A stretch of DNA of 64,000 bases, from contig OZ024744.1 of NCBI GenBank assembly GCA_964016885.1, forward strand, positions 42,346,001 to 42,410,000. The letters are read 5' to 3'. Position 1 is the first letter of the stretch, and each line of letters begins with the position of its first letter. Below the pieces are notes generated by a model that made no database searches, was not told where the DNA came from, and was given only the letters and a program-made list of their open reading frames with translations. Below are positions 23,016-34,953 of the stretch, piece by piece. The translations under genes and the position numbers were made by a program. The DNA comes from Eledone cirrhosa (Eukaryota).

Positions 23016-23759
23016 ATCATCATTTAGATATGTACATACTAAAGGAAAATTATGGTATTAATGATGAGGGGAAAGGAGAGAATGAAGCAAAAATAATTTT
23101 ATAAAAGAGTAGCTTTTATTATGCAATCAATGTGTGCATGTTAGCTTCAAGACATCATTCTTCAGAGACAAGCTAGGCACTTCTTATATGAAATAGAAAT
23201 GTTAGACAAATAAAATATTTTATAAAAATACCCTAATGAAAATATGTTTAGTCAATCCAAAGCTGAATAAGATCACCACAATGTAACTGAAATTTACTGC
23301 AGCGAAATTTCAAATGACATAATTGGAGAGAAAAAAGAAAGCTAAAGCCATCAATATGGAGCTTAGTAGCAAATCAAGTTCTGTCTCTTTACCTCTGTTA
23401 AACCTGAATACTCATAATCAGAAGTGGAAGATATTGGCAGATCGATCACAGTAATTGTTATCAATATCTTACATATTCCTAGTGCAACCAACAAGGGAGT
23501 CTAGACTCAGTTGAATAACATGCTAGAAATACCAACCAAATCTCTCTCAAATCACACATTACTGTCTTATGAAATGGGTAGCATACATTCCATGAAATAG
23601 TCCTAAGATCTCTATATCTGGAAAACAAACACTGGATGATCACAACTGGGATGTCTCTAATCATATGATTATAAGTTGTTCTGGATCAAGCTGACCTGGG
23701 AGTAAATAAAAACAAAAACACAAGGCTCAACAGAGAAGTAAGCCAAACTGAAAATTAAA

Positions 23760-24300
23760 AAAGGCTCAGAAACTCGGGATTAAAAACAGTAACAGAAGAA
23801 CTGTTTCTCACAACACAACACCAATGTTTGGCCACAAAATAAGAACAAAATAATGAAAATGGATCTTAGCACCAAATACAGAATGTGCAACCAGTACAGT
23901 GGGATGGTTGACTACATTAACTCCAGCTGTTCAGTACCTTCAAAGTCTGAATATACAGGGTACCCCAAAACATGTATACACACTTTGATTACCTGTACAG
24001 CCAACATTTATTAGAATTCTGTTAAAGTGTGTATACATTTTGGGGAGACACCCTGTATATACACAGGCATGATCAAGTTGGCAACTATATCCCCTGGCAA
24101 CTATATACACTTAGATGGGAAAACAAACAACAAGTCGTATTAACATATACCCAAAACAGTACATGGCAACAGCCTGGTCATAATCATTTGAGACATGCTC
24201 ACCCATCCAAACTGACAAAAAAAATCAAGGTAAACTGTTCAATCTTAATAATATAGAAATATTTAAAAAATACATGTAAACTGAAAGACAAGGTAATTGC
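23760..24300 (+). mobile_element. Highly degraded R4/Dong RLE-region remnant
   Basis: Fragments reading SGLKTVTEE..HQCLATK..YRMC..YINSSCSVPSKSEY..RHDQVGNYIPWQL. Confidence 0.5.
23956..24055. mobile_element. 100-bp Tc1/mariner-type MITE
   Basis: TIRs CAGGGT..CCCCAAAA..TGTATACACACTTT with TA on both sides. Confidence 0.8.
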
Positions 24301-24356
24301 TTCTGACTAAAATATTGGCAAATGGCACTGGACAAATCATGGCAGTAGAAAGCTGA

Positions 24357-24450
24357 ATGGCTAGGTGTCACATATGTTGTGACAACAACCACCTAATGGC
24401 TTTCTGTCAACAATTGACCAGAAAAACAGTAGCACAATTACCATGCCTCC
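24357..24450 (+). pseudogene. Tx1 ORF1 zinc-knuckle remnant
   Basis: CHICCDNNHLMAFC = CX2CX4HX4C, similar to the HLRAFC knuckles of the Tx1 ORF1s. Confidence 0.45.
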
Positions 24451-24496
24451 CACACAGCAATAATAATATCATCTACAACACTAGCAGCAGTATCAA

Positions 24497-24835
24497 CAAC
24501 TTTGGTTTTTTAACAAGTTTACTCAAAGCCCTTATGACTCTATGTTCTATTTCCAAAGCCAGAATATTTTCTCAAGCTCTCTCACAGATTCAGCTATAAG
24601 GACTAAGTCATCAGCATATACAAGTACTCGTGGACAGCCAGTCCTAAACTCCTTCATTATGGCTTGGAGAACTATAATAAGGGCTGATGACTAAGCCCTG
24701 ATGAACTCCTAATTGAACATTAAATTCCTCCCTAAACTCATTACCTACTTTCACTTTACTGACAATTCCTCTGTACATAGCTTGTACTAATCTCACAGTA
24801 GTAATTTCCTAACTTCTCATTTCTTTTTTCTGCCA
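24497..24835 (-). mobile_element. RTE-like RT fragment
   Basis: Minus strand reads QGLVISP..KEFRTGCPRVLVYADDLVLIAESVREL..VN..KTKV. Confidence 0.7.
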
Positions 24836-24839
24836 GATT

Positions 24840-25385
24840 AGTTAGTATCTATCAGTGAAAGGTCAGAGATACGGCCCTTTACGGTCTGAGTTCAAACCCC
24901 GCTAAGGTTAACTTTGCCTTTCATGCTTACGTGGCCAATAAAATAAAGTACCAGTAATACACTGGAATAATTGCTGACCTTGTGCCTTAAGTAGAAACAA
25001 TTATTATGATTATTATTAAAAGGGCGGTGGATTGGCAGAATCGGTAGAGCATCGGAGAACATTCTTAGCGGCATAGAGTATGGCCCTTTACGTTCTGAGT
25101 TCAAATCCCGCTGAGATTAACTTTGCCTTTCATCCTTACAGGGTCAATTTAATAGACTTTCTCCTCCCCAAAAATTGTTTGGCCTTGTGCCGATAGTAGA
25201 AATCATTGCGGACGCCATGCTTTGACGCATAGAGTTACGGCCCTTGCCATTCTGAGTTCAAATCCCGCCGAGGTTAACTTTGCCTTTCATCCTTACAGGG
25301 TCGATAAAATAAAGTACCAGTAATTTGCTGGCCTTGTGCCTAAAGTAGAAACAATTATTAAAAAGAAATTATTATTATTATTGTT
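24840..25385 (+). mobile_element. Three tandem family-1 SINEs
   Basis: Three head-to-tail copies with GAGTTCAAA(T/C)CCCGC B boxes and GCCTTGTGCC..AGAAA ends. Confidence 0.85.
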
Positions 25386-25689
25386 ATATTAACATTATTG
25401 CATGCTTTCTTTATTCATTGAAATAATGTGCCATGTTTTTTTTGTTTTTGTTTTTTTAAACTTTTCTATTGTGATGAAAACGCTCTAGTACTCAGTATTT
25501 TGCACAAACTAAAGGCAGGTAAATTATCAGGTTCTTCTTAGCTTAATTAAACCATTATGTAAAAACATTTTAATAATATGGAAAACCCATATTTCTTTCA
25601 TTTTTCTACATGCAAATTACTAAATAATACTAGATATTGTTATTTTTCCTACAATACCATTATAGTTTGTGCTTATATATCTAAATAAA

Positions 25690-26006
<317 letters not shown>

Positions 26007-26292
26007 TTTAATTAATTAACAAGTCTCTATAATTACTTCCTTCATTTGCAGACATAATTAGCGTGAAAAGTAATTATACAAACCCACACATTTTTACATT
26101 TTTTTTACTATTTCATAAGTATATCAGCTGCAACTATTTGTTAATTTAACCAAATCTTATTTGTTTGATGGGTTTTTTATTTAGTTTTTAATGTTTTTTT
26201 CTTTTTCTATTTTCCAGATTACCACAAGAAAGCAGATTTTTGCTTCTCTCATTTCACTTATATATACTGTTTTCAAGGGAAGGGTGAGTATC

Positions 26293-26373
<81 letters not shown>

Positions 26374-26407
26374 AATGGCGTGCTGTGTTGTTGCAAATGT
26401 GATATAC

Positions 26408-26496
26408 AAATTAAAATGAAGAATTAGAAATAGAAGCGAGGACTCCACTGATGATGGATAGTCCTAGCTTCTATTTCTAATTCTTCATTTTAATTT
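26408..26496. repeat. 37-bp inverted repeat (fold-back) with 15-nt loop
   Basis: aaattaaaatgaagaattagaaatagaagcgaggact / agtcctagcttctatttctaattcttcattttaattt, one mismatch. Confidence 0.85.
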
Positions 26497-26499
26497 TTA

Positions 26500-26933
26500 C
26501 TACCAGATTTACCCGGCGTTGCTCGGGGTTTGAAATTATGCTAAGAATATACAACTAGGAAGTAAAAGAGGAACAATATTTGTCCCCAACCTGTCAAAAT
26601 AAGCAGTCTCTTTATAAGGATTGTCAATAAAGTTGGTTATCTCGCTTTTTTATAAGGATTGTCAATAAAGTTGGTTATCTCGCTTTTTTATAAGGATTGT
26701 CAATAAAGTTTTTTATCTCCCTTACATCAATTTTGCTACCGATAATTTGGATATCGAATTTTTATTGCTCAACGTGGATCGATTTGAAAAATGTTTGTGA
26801 TGTGACAATCTTAGCGACCTGTGCAACGTGCACAGAAAATTTGGTCAAATTCAGTTGGTAATTGTGAAAGCCTTAAGTATGCAAAGTTGTACACAGACAC
26901 ACACACACATCCTCGCTTTTATATATATAAAGA
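26500..26933 (-). mobile_element. Non-autonomous Helitron (434 bp)
   Basis: Minus strand A|TCTTTATATATATAAAAGCGAGG ... hairpin CCCGAGCAACGCCGGG ... GTAG|T; internal 39-bp tandem repeat at about 26611-26710. Confidence 0.75.
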
Positions 26934-27516
26934 TATCACATTTGCAACAACACAGCATCCCATTTGTCATTCCTATATGCTTCCCCCTTCGCTGTGACCT
27001 GTCTTTTTCTTTTCCCTTACTGCTATCCTCTTTCTCTCTCCTTCTCCCTCTTATTTTCATTCACCCCCTCTGCTAGTCACTCTCTCTTGGCTAGCCTCTT
27101 CCTCACACTTTTACTCACTCACTCTCTGCTACTCACCCTCTCTCTCACTTCCTCCATCGTTCCACACCGTGCGAAATGCTTTCCTCACTTACTTTCGCAC
27201 GGTTAAGATGTGTCTTTCGTCATCTCGTCAATATTCGCAAGTTCTTATGTTCAAATTTATCATTGACTTGATTTTCTCATTTTTTTCCTCTCTTTACGTT
27301 GCCTCACCATTCGTGTTTGTTTACCTGTCTCTCTTTCTCCACCCAATTCTTTTTATCCCAATAACTTAGTTTAGATATTGTTCACGCTAGCCTGAGGTAT
27401 CTGGTCTTTAATGCGAAGAAATACCTATGGTCGCTAGTAGACCACTTATGATGGATAGTCCTGGCTTCTATTTCTAATTCTTCATTTTAATGTGTATATA
27501 TATATATATATGTATA

Positions 27517-27697
27517 GAAGGGTTGGTGGAAAAGTTCATATAGGCAGACTATGAAGGAATAATGCTAGCACTATATCTTACGTGCATTAATATAAACTCT
27601 TCTTATTTTTCATTCTAGGGATTATGTTGAAAAATAAACCTCTTTTGATCATTCGATGAGAGTGTCTTGGTCAGCCTATGAACTTTTACATTACTTA
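27517..27697. mobile_element. Mariner-like MITE remnant within TA repeats
   Basis: Imperfect TIRs aaaagttcata(ta)ggcagac / gtcagcctatgaactttt. Confidence 0.5.
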
Positions 27698-27739
<42 letters not shown>

Positions 27740-27925
27740 TAAACGGAATAGAAAATGCTGACAAATTGTTCTCAGTTGAAAAATGGTTTAATTAGGAATA
27801 AAAGAGTATTAGTGATTGTATGGGTTAGTATTCAGTTGTAGTTTTAAGTTTTTATGTTTTTACCGGTTGCGCATTTCTAAATGCTTTTCAAAAATAATTT
27901 TGAGATAGAGTGTCCGTGCTGTTTG

Positions 27926-28000
<75 letters not shown>

Positions 28001-28004
<4 letters not shown>

Positions 28005-28140
28005 TAAATTACCGAGAATCAAATTTCGGCTTAGGAATTAACGAAAAACAACTTCCGATATGTGTGGCAAGCGATCAATGATTCAGATGAACTAGAGCTA
28101 CAACATACGTTAAAGACCAAACACACTGAGACGATAGTTA
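28001..28140 (+). repeat. About 140-bp repeat, present inverted at 29954-30093; both copies abut (TA)n
   Basis: aatataaattaccgagaatc..ttaggaattaacgaaaaacaacttccga.. vs its reverse complement. Confidence 0.8.
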
Positions 28141-28507
28141 AACAATCATCCGCACAGCCAAAGAAACGACCAAGTAATTCGGGTCAAACAAATAAAAATA
28201 TATGTGATTGAAAATTTACCCGGACCCCTGGATGGTTGGTAAAATCCAGTATTTGAGTTTCTGCGACTCATAAACCAAGTACTGTCCGCTTACATAAATA
28301 ATGTTAGGCTTCTGGTAAGATGATTGAACAAGGAAGCCACTTTTTCAACAGGTTTTAGTTCGAATGCTAATATAAGGAATGACTGTTACTGACCCCACGT
28401 GGAGTTCGGCAAGGGAGGCAACCCTTATTTTAGGCGAATGAATTCAGTTGTGTATATTATTGCAAGAATGCAGAACATCACAAATCTAATAAAGCTATAT
28501 ATATATA

Positions 28508-28840
28508 TCATCATCATCATATATATATATATCATCATCATCATCATCATCATCACCGTTTTACGTCCGTTTTTCCACACTAACATGGGTTAGACGTGTT
28601 GTCCTGTTGTGGGCAGTGTCTAGTTGGCTGACCTTGTCTTGCTCATACGGGAACTGATTTTGGCTTGATTTCTACAGCTGGATGCCCTTCCTAACACCAA
28701 CCTCATTTACAGTGAGTGCTGGGTACTTTTTTTCCGTGGCGCCTACACGCCCACTTTACACTGTGGGGTGCGTGCTTTTTTGCCGTGGCGCCTCCACGAC
28801 CACTTTGCAGTGGGAGGTTGTGGGGGCATATTGTCTATAT
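28508..28840 (-). mobile_element. SINE-like family 2
   Basis: (CAT)n caccgttttacgtccg..ggatgcccttcctaacaccaacc. Confidence 0.75.
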
Positions 28841-29254
28841 CTATCTCTCTTTCTTTTTTTCTCTCTCTATCTTTATTATTAATATTATTAATGATCCTGT
28901 AATTTGAATTTGTAAATTTACCGGATAATTGTCTCTGATGTTCTGATTAAGCTAACATCGTATTTGAAATTGAGTGGCACTGTTTCTAGTGTTCAGCAAT
29001 TTTTAGACAACTTAATAAGTGAAACAATTGTTAGACTGTAAATAAATCCCTTTTTTGTACTGTTGACCATGTATTCTTCACTTTTTCAATTTTGTTACTC
29101 CATGATAAACTTATATAGGAATACAAATGAAATCATAAACTCGCTATCTACGTAAACCTCTTGTTGAGTCAAACAACGCCGTACGCTGAAACTACCCATA
29201 ATAAGAAGTATTCACAACCTCTAACTGGATTACCTATAACGATATTTTGTTACC

Positions 29255-29737
<483 letters not shown>

Positions 29738-29872
29738 TTCGTTTCTGAATTTGTTTAGCAAGATTCTTTATCTGAAATCGTGTGTTGAAACCGATATTGT
29801 TATACTTTGGGAGAGTCATGTTTCCAACTGGTGCGTGTGTTTCTTATTGGCAACATGACCCTCCCAAAGTAT

Positions 29873-29956
<84 letters not shown>

Positions 29957-30157
29957 CCATCGTCTCGGTGTGTTTAGTCTTTAACGTATGTTGTAGCTCT
30001 GGTTCATCTGAATCATTGAGCGCTTGCCACACATCTCGGAAGTTGTTTTTCGTTAATTCCTAAGCCGAAATACGATTCTCGGTAATTTATATTTGTATAT
30101 ATATATATATATATTTGTATGTATACGTACATACATATATATATATATTTATATATA

Positions 30158-30206
<49 letters not shown>

Positions 30207-31984
30207 ATGTATACGTACATACATATATGTATACAGACGTACAGTAGTATGTATATATATACATACATGCACACATATATATATGCACGTATGGGTTTAC
30301 CGAACATTTATTATAATGCTCGGTTTGTTTGTTTGTAAACAAACAAACAGCCCGGATTACGCCGTACAGTGTTTAGGCAACCACGTCACCTTTTTGTTCA
30401 ACACTGACACAGGAACGATGTACTATTTTCAAGCTTATTAACTATCGTCAGCATCGTATACCAGCAGCAACAACAACAGCCACAACAACAACAACAGCCA
30501 GAAAGCCAGGAGCAACTACTACTGAATTCAAGCATAATAGCTGTATTACTGAATGACAGTATCACTCAGCCACTCACTCAGCCATCATTATCGCCATCGC
30601 CACCGTCACCGTCTTCTGCCACACCAACTGCTAGTAATGGACCACTGCTCTCTCTCCCACGACAGTTGTCATCATCATCATCACCACTAATGCTTTCTTC
30701 CCCCCACATCACCACCATAACCATGCCGTAGTCAAAAGAACTTTAAAAAAACTAGAAACCCCCAAATATGCCGCTACTCACTAGGTCAGAGGCTATGTAC
30801 ACGTAGCGACTTTATATTTACCCATTTACCGGGTACTAGGCGCACTAACACTGCCAGCCAAACACCAAAGCACGCTGCCCGCACGTATAGGTCGCAGTCC
30901 CAAAATCTGCCAACATTCCCAACGTGAGAGGCTATGTCTGCTGACTGACTGTCCCTTCACTCATCTTCCTGGGACACAACGTACGAACAGTAAAGAGGCT
31001 TCATGCCAACCCACAAACCAGAATGAAGCCACCCCCTGCTGCGGTAATGCTGTTCCAGTCTCCTCACAAAGACATGATTACAACAACAAAAACAACAGAA
31101 GTAATGCTGCTCCAGTCTTTTCACAAAGACACAATTACAACAAATACAACAACAACAACAAAATAGGGAACTGAAACCCTATCCAATGTTGTAACCACAT
31201 ATCCAATCAAAAACTGCTTCCTGAACCAAAAAATCTTTCTTTTTTAGCCATGAACCTGGCAAAAGAGATAGAGAAAAACATTTTAGCCATCACCCAACAC
31301 CATCTTTGCTGTCACTAGCACACAATCACAAAACAAGCCCCCTGCAACAGTCAAATCCAGCCACCACACTAGCCTCCACATTCTTACTCAATACACAATG
31401 TATCAGCCCATCCATCAATGCACAGAAATGGAAGATCCAATTCATTGAGTTAGCTTTTTTAGAGTTGAGTTGAAAAGTGATGTTAAGGCCTAATTTATTA
31501 AAGAATTTTCTAATCTTTTTCTGTAATCTTTCTAAGTTTTGATTATTTAGGTTTTTAGCTAAAAGTTATGTATCGTCTCTATAGATTCCTTCTTGTAGGT
31601 TATCAAATTCCTTATGTAAGATATGTGCTATATATATTCCGACAATGTCCGTAACTTGGGCTGAAACATTTGATCCCATAGTTATATCGAAGTTATTTTG
31701 TCTATTTTTTCTTTCCCAGTAACTAATGTCCAATCTAATGATTGTTCTTCTAGCAGCTAGTATTATTTTAATTTCCTCTGGTGACAGGTCAGAGTTTTTT
31801 TTTATGCAAAGGATAGTGCCTTATTTAGGGTTACTGGGGAAATAGAAGAGTAGTAGGTGTCGGGCTCATGGTGCATAGATGTTTCCATTCTGCCTGTATT
31901 GTTAGGGTTCGCCCCCTCCCGGACACCATGGGTGGGAGTGTCCGTTGGGCAATCCCCATCCCGGCGCCTCGGAATATATGATAT

Positions 31985-32230
31985 ATTTTGGCCATGTGCA
32001 ACCACCCTATTCAGCGGCCCTAAAGAACAGCTTGGCCCGCTCATTCTTTAGAGCACTTTATAAATGCTTCCAGAGGGACCATAGATACCACAAGATCTTC
32101 AACAGACACACTGTGAAGCTCTCGTATTCTACCACGAGAAATGTGGCCCGACACATAGCTAGCATCAATAGTAGTGGACTTAAAAACCACACACAATCAG
32201 AAGCTGGCAATATAAGCACCCAGCAGAATG
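31985..32230 (+). mobile_element. Penelope-like element linker fragment
   Basis: PPYSAALKNSLARSFFRALYKCFQRDHRYHKIFNRHTVKLSYSTTRN. Confidence 0.7.
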
Positions 32231-32789
32231 TTAGCCTAATCAGATCATCAGAGACAACTATCCGGTAAATTTACAAATTCAAATTACAGCATCATTAATA
32301 ATATTAATAATAAAGATAGAGAGAGAAAAAAAGAAAGAGAGATAGATAAAAGAAAGAAAGAAAAAGGAAAAAGAAAAAGAAAAAGGAGAAAGGAAAACAG
32401 AGAAAGATATATTGAGAAAAAAAAGACATATAGAAAGGAGTTTTGATGACTGGTATTAGTGTATATATTACTTGCAATAATATTAAAAAGAATAAGAAGG
32501 GCTGGTGCGTGTTTGTACAATGTTTTTTATATCACAGGAGTCAATAATAACGCAGCAGAAATATTTTATCACGTGTCGTGATGGTGTAGTTGGTGAGTTG
32601 GTCTCGACTCCAAGACTGGAGCGTATAAAGAAGAGAGAGAGAAGGCAGAAATCATCTCTTATTAGGCAGAAGTCCGCTCCAAGATTATGCGTGTTGTCTC
32701 TTCGCAAACAACCGCCGGAGTGTGTATTATTTCGGTGATGTCAGTTTGTGACATCATAGCTATGTGCAGGTAACTCTGAAAACACCCTT

Positions 32790-33660
32790 GCCTCATTTGG
32801 TATTCACCTCCTTTTTCATTAAGCGTTAAAACACCTTTAGCTAAACTATTCTTCAAAGCTCTAGATAAATGTTCTCCTAAAGCCCATAGATATCACTCAA
32901 TCTTTAACAGACATACAAGAAAACTATCTTACTCTACTACTACGAACCTAGCACTAAATATAAATAGAATCAATAATAGAAATCTAAACCATAACCAAAA
33001 TAGCAATATCCAACATAATAATACTGTTCCGAATAACATCAACTCCGCAAAATGTAATTGTAAAATTAAATCAAACTGTCCTTTAAAAATAAGTGCTTAG
33101 ATAAGGATGTGGTCTATAAATGCGCAGTCAAAACCAGTGATAATATATTTAACTATGTAGTTTCAACTTCTACAGACTTTAAAACTCGTTTTAATAATCA
33201 CAAATGCTCGTTTAATAATTGTTTCTACTTTTGGCACAAGGCCAGCAATTATCCCAGTGCATGACTGGTACTTTATTGTATCGATCCCGTAAGGATTAAA
33301 GGCAAAGTTAACCTCGGCGGGATTTGAACTCAGAAGTGCAAGGGCCGTAACTCTATACGTCAAAGCATGGCGTCCGACCCTCTACCGATACTGCAAAAAT
33401 CTTCAAATTCTCTATCAAACCTGATATAGAACTTAAAATAAAAAAATACGGACTATTCTTTAACTTGGGAAATAATTTCAAAAGCACCCGCATACTGAAA
33501 CAGAGCTTTATCTAGATTTTGAAAATTGTGTGTCGAGGAAATTTTCTTCATACTTAAATGTAAGGACTCTATTAATATACATACGAATTTATTTAGTTCT
33601 TGTTAACATCGCCTAAATTCAACATTTAGAACTATATATAAATTATAATTACACTTATAA
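32790..33660 (+). mobile_element. Penelope-like linker + GIY-YIG remnant, interrupted by a SINE
   Basis: WYSPPFSLSVKT..HRYHSIFNRHT.KLSYS; CNC..CPL; VVYKCAV..YVVSTSTDFKTRFNNHKCSF; LTWEII..KLCVEE. Confidence 0.75.
33213..33394 (-). mobile_element. Family-1 SINE
   Basis: Same sequence as the other family-1 copies. Confidence 0.85.
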
Positions 33661-34771
33661 TATTTCTACTTATTTCCATATATTATTTGCTATATTTTCA
33701 CTTCTTATAACTTCACTTATTATACAATAAAACTATTTTAAATTATATACATATAGGATCCTAAAATTTTTAAATTTTAACTTTAATTTTAATATTTTTA
33801 AGTTTTTTTTAATTCTTTATTTTTATTTTTTTTTTTTATTTTTTTTTTTTTTACTTCTTAAATATTCCTTTTCATTATATATTATTTTTTACTTCCAAAA
33901 TATTTCATATATTTAAAAATTACTTATTTTCAAAAAAATTATTTTTTTTTAAATTATTATTTTTTTTTTTTTAAATTACTTATTTAAAAAAGAAATAACT
34001 TATTTTTTTTTTAAATTTACTTATCTCGTATAACATATTTTTTAATAATTTTTAAGATTTTTAAAAAAATGTTTTAAAAAACCTTTTTAAAAATCTTTTT
34101 TAAAGATGTTTTAATGATTTGGAATTTTTTGAATATTTTTTAATTGTTTTTTAAATATTTTTTAAGTATGTTTTAAAGTATTTTTTTAATATTTTTGAGA
34201 TGTTTAAATATTTTTTAAATGTTTTTTAAATGTTTTTTAAGTATTTTAAAGTATTTTTTAATATTTTTTAAATGTTTTTTAAATGTTTTTTAAGTATTTT
34301 AAAGTATTTTTTAATATTTTTTAATAAAAATTGTTTAATATCTTTTATTAGTTTTATAACCAATAACTAATTCAGGCTAAATATATCTTTCAATATTTAT
34401 ATCTTTGACAAAATGGTCTCATACTAACTAATAAACAAACAAAACTGGTGATTTTTTTCCATATCTTCCAAATTTATAGCATTTAAAATATATAAATATT
34501 ATTATTAACTCAGTTAACTTAATTACTTATAATAAACATAAACCAATATCCCTCATAGCTCATTAAAACAATTATATATAACAAGATATACACATCTATC
34601 CATTCATATATATTTTTTTCTATCTATCTATTTTTATGTCTATTGATTCTTCTATATATCTATCTTTCTATCTATTTATTTATTTTCCAACTTATTTTAA
34701 AACATATTTTATATATATTTATTTTATATATCTATTTTTTTCTATCTACTTAGCAAATATTATATTATATT

Positions 34772-34935
34772 AGCGGTGATTGGCAGTATCGGTAGAGGGT
34801 CGGACGCCATGCTTCCAGCATAGTTACGTCCCTTTATGATCTGAGTTCAAATCCTGCCGAGGTTGATTTGCCTTTCATCCTTACTGGATAATTGCTGACC
34901 TTGTGCCTAAAGTAGAAACAATTATATTATATTAG
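34772..34935 (+). mobile_element. Family-1 SINE (internally deleted)
   Basis: ttggcagtatcggtagagggtcggacgcc..gagttcaaatcc..ccttgtgcctaaagtagaaacaatta. Confidence 0.8.
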
Positions 34936-34953
34936 GAATGAATTTTAACAAAT

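Noticed and set aside
24600-24705. CTGATGA motifs as hammerhead cores
   Set aside because: They are the YADD and QG-box codons of an RTE RT fragment; no GAAA or stems.
25022-25115. tRNA genes
   Set aside because: The A/B boxes belong to SINE heads; no cloverleaf, and always followed by the SINE body.
26611-26710. CRISPR-like array
   Set aside because: Simple 39-bp tandem repeat without unique spacers, inside a Helitron; eukaryotic context.
33660-34770. Extremely AT-rich tract with short tandem duplications
   Set aside because: Low-complexity decay downstream of a Penelope remnant; no specific structure supportable.
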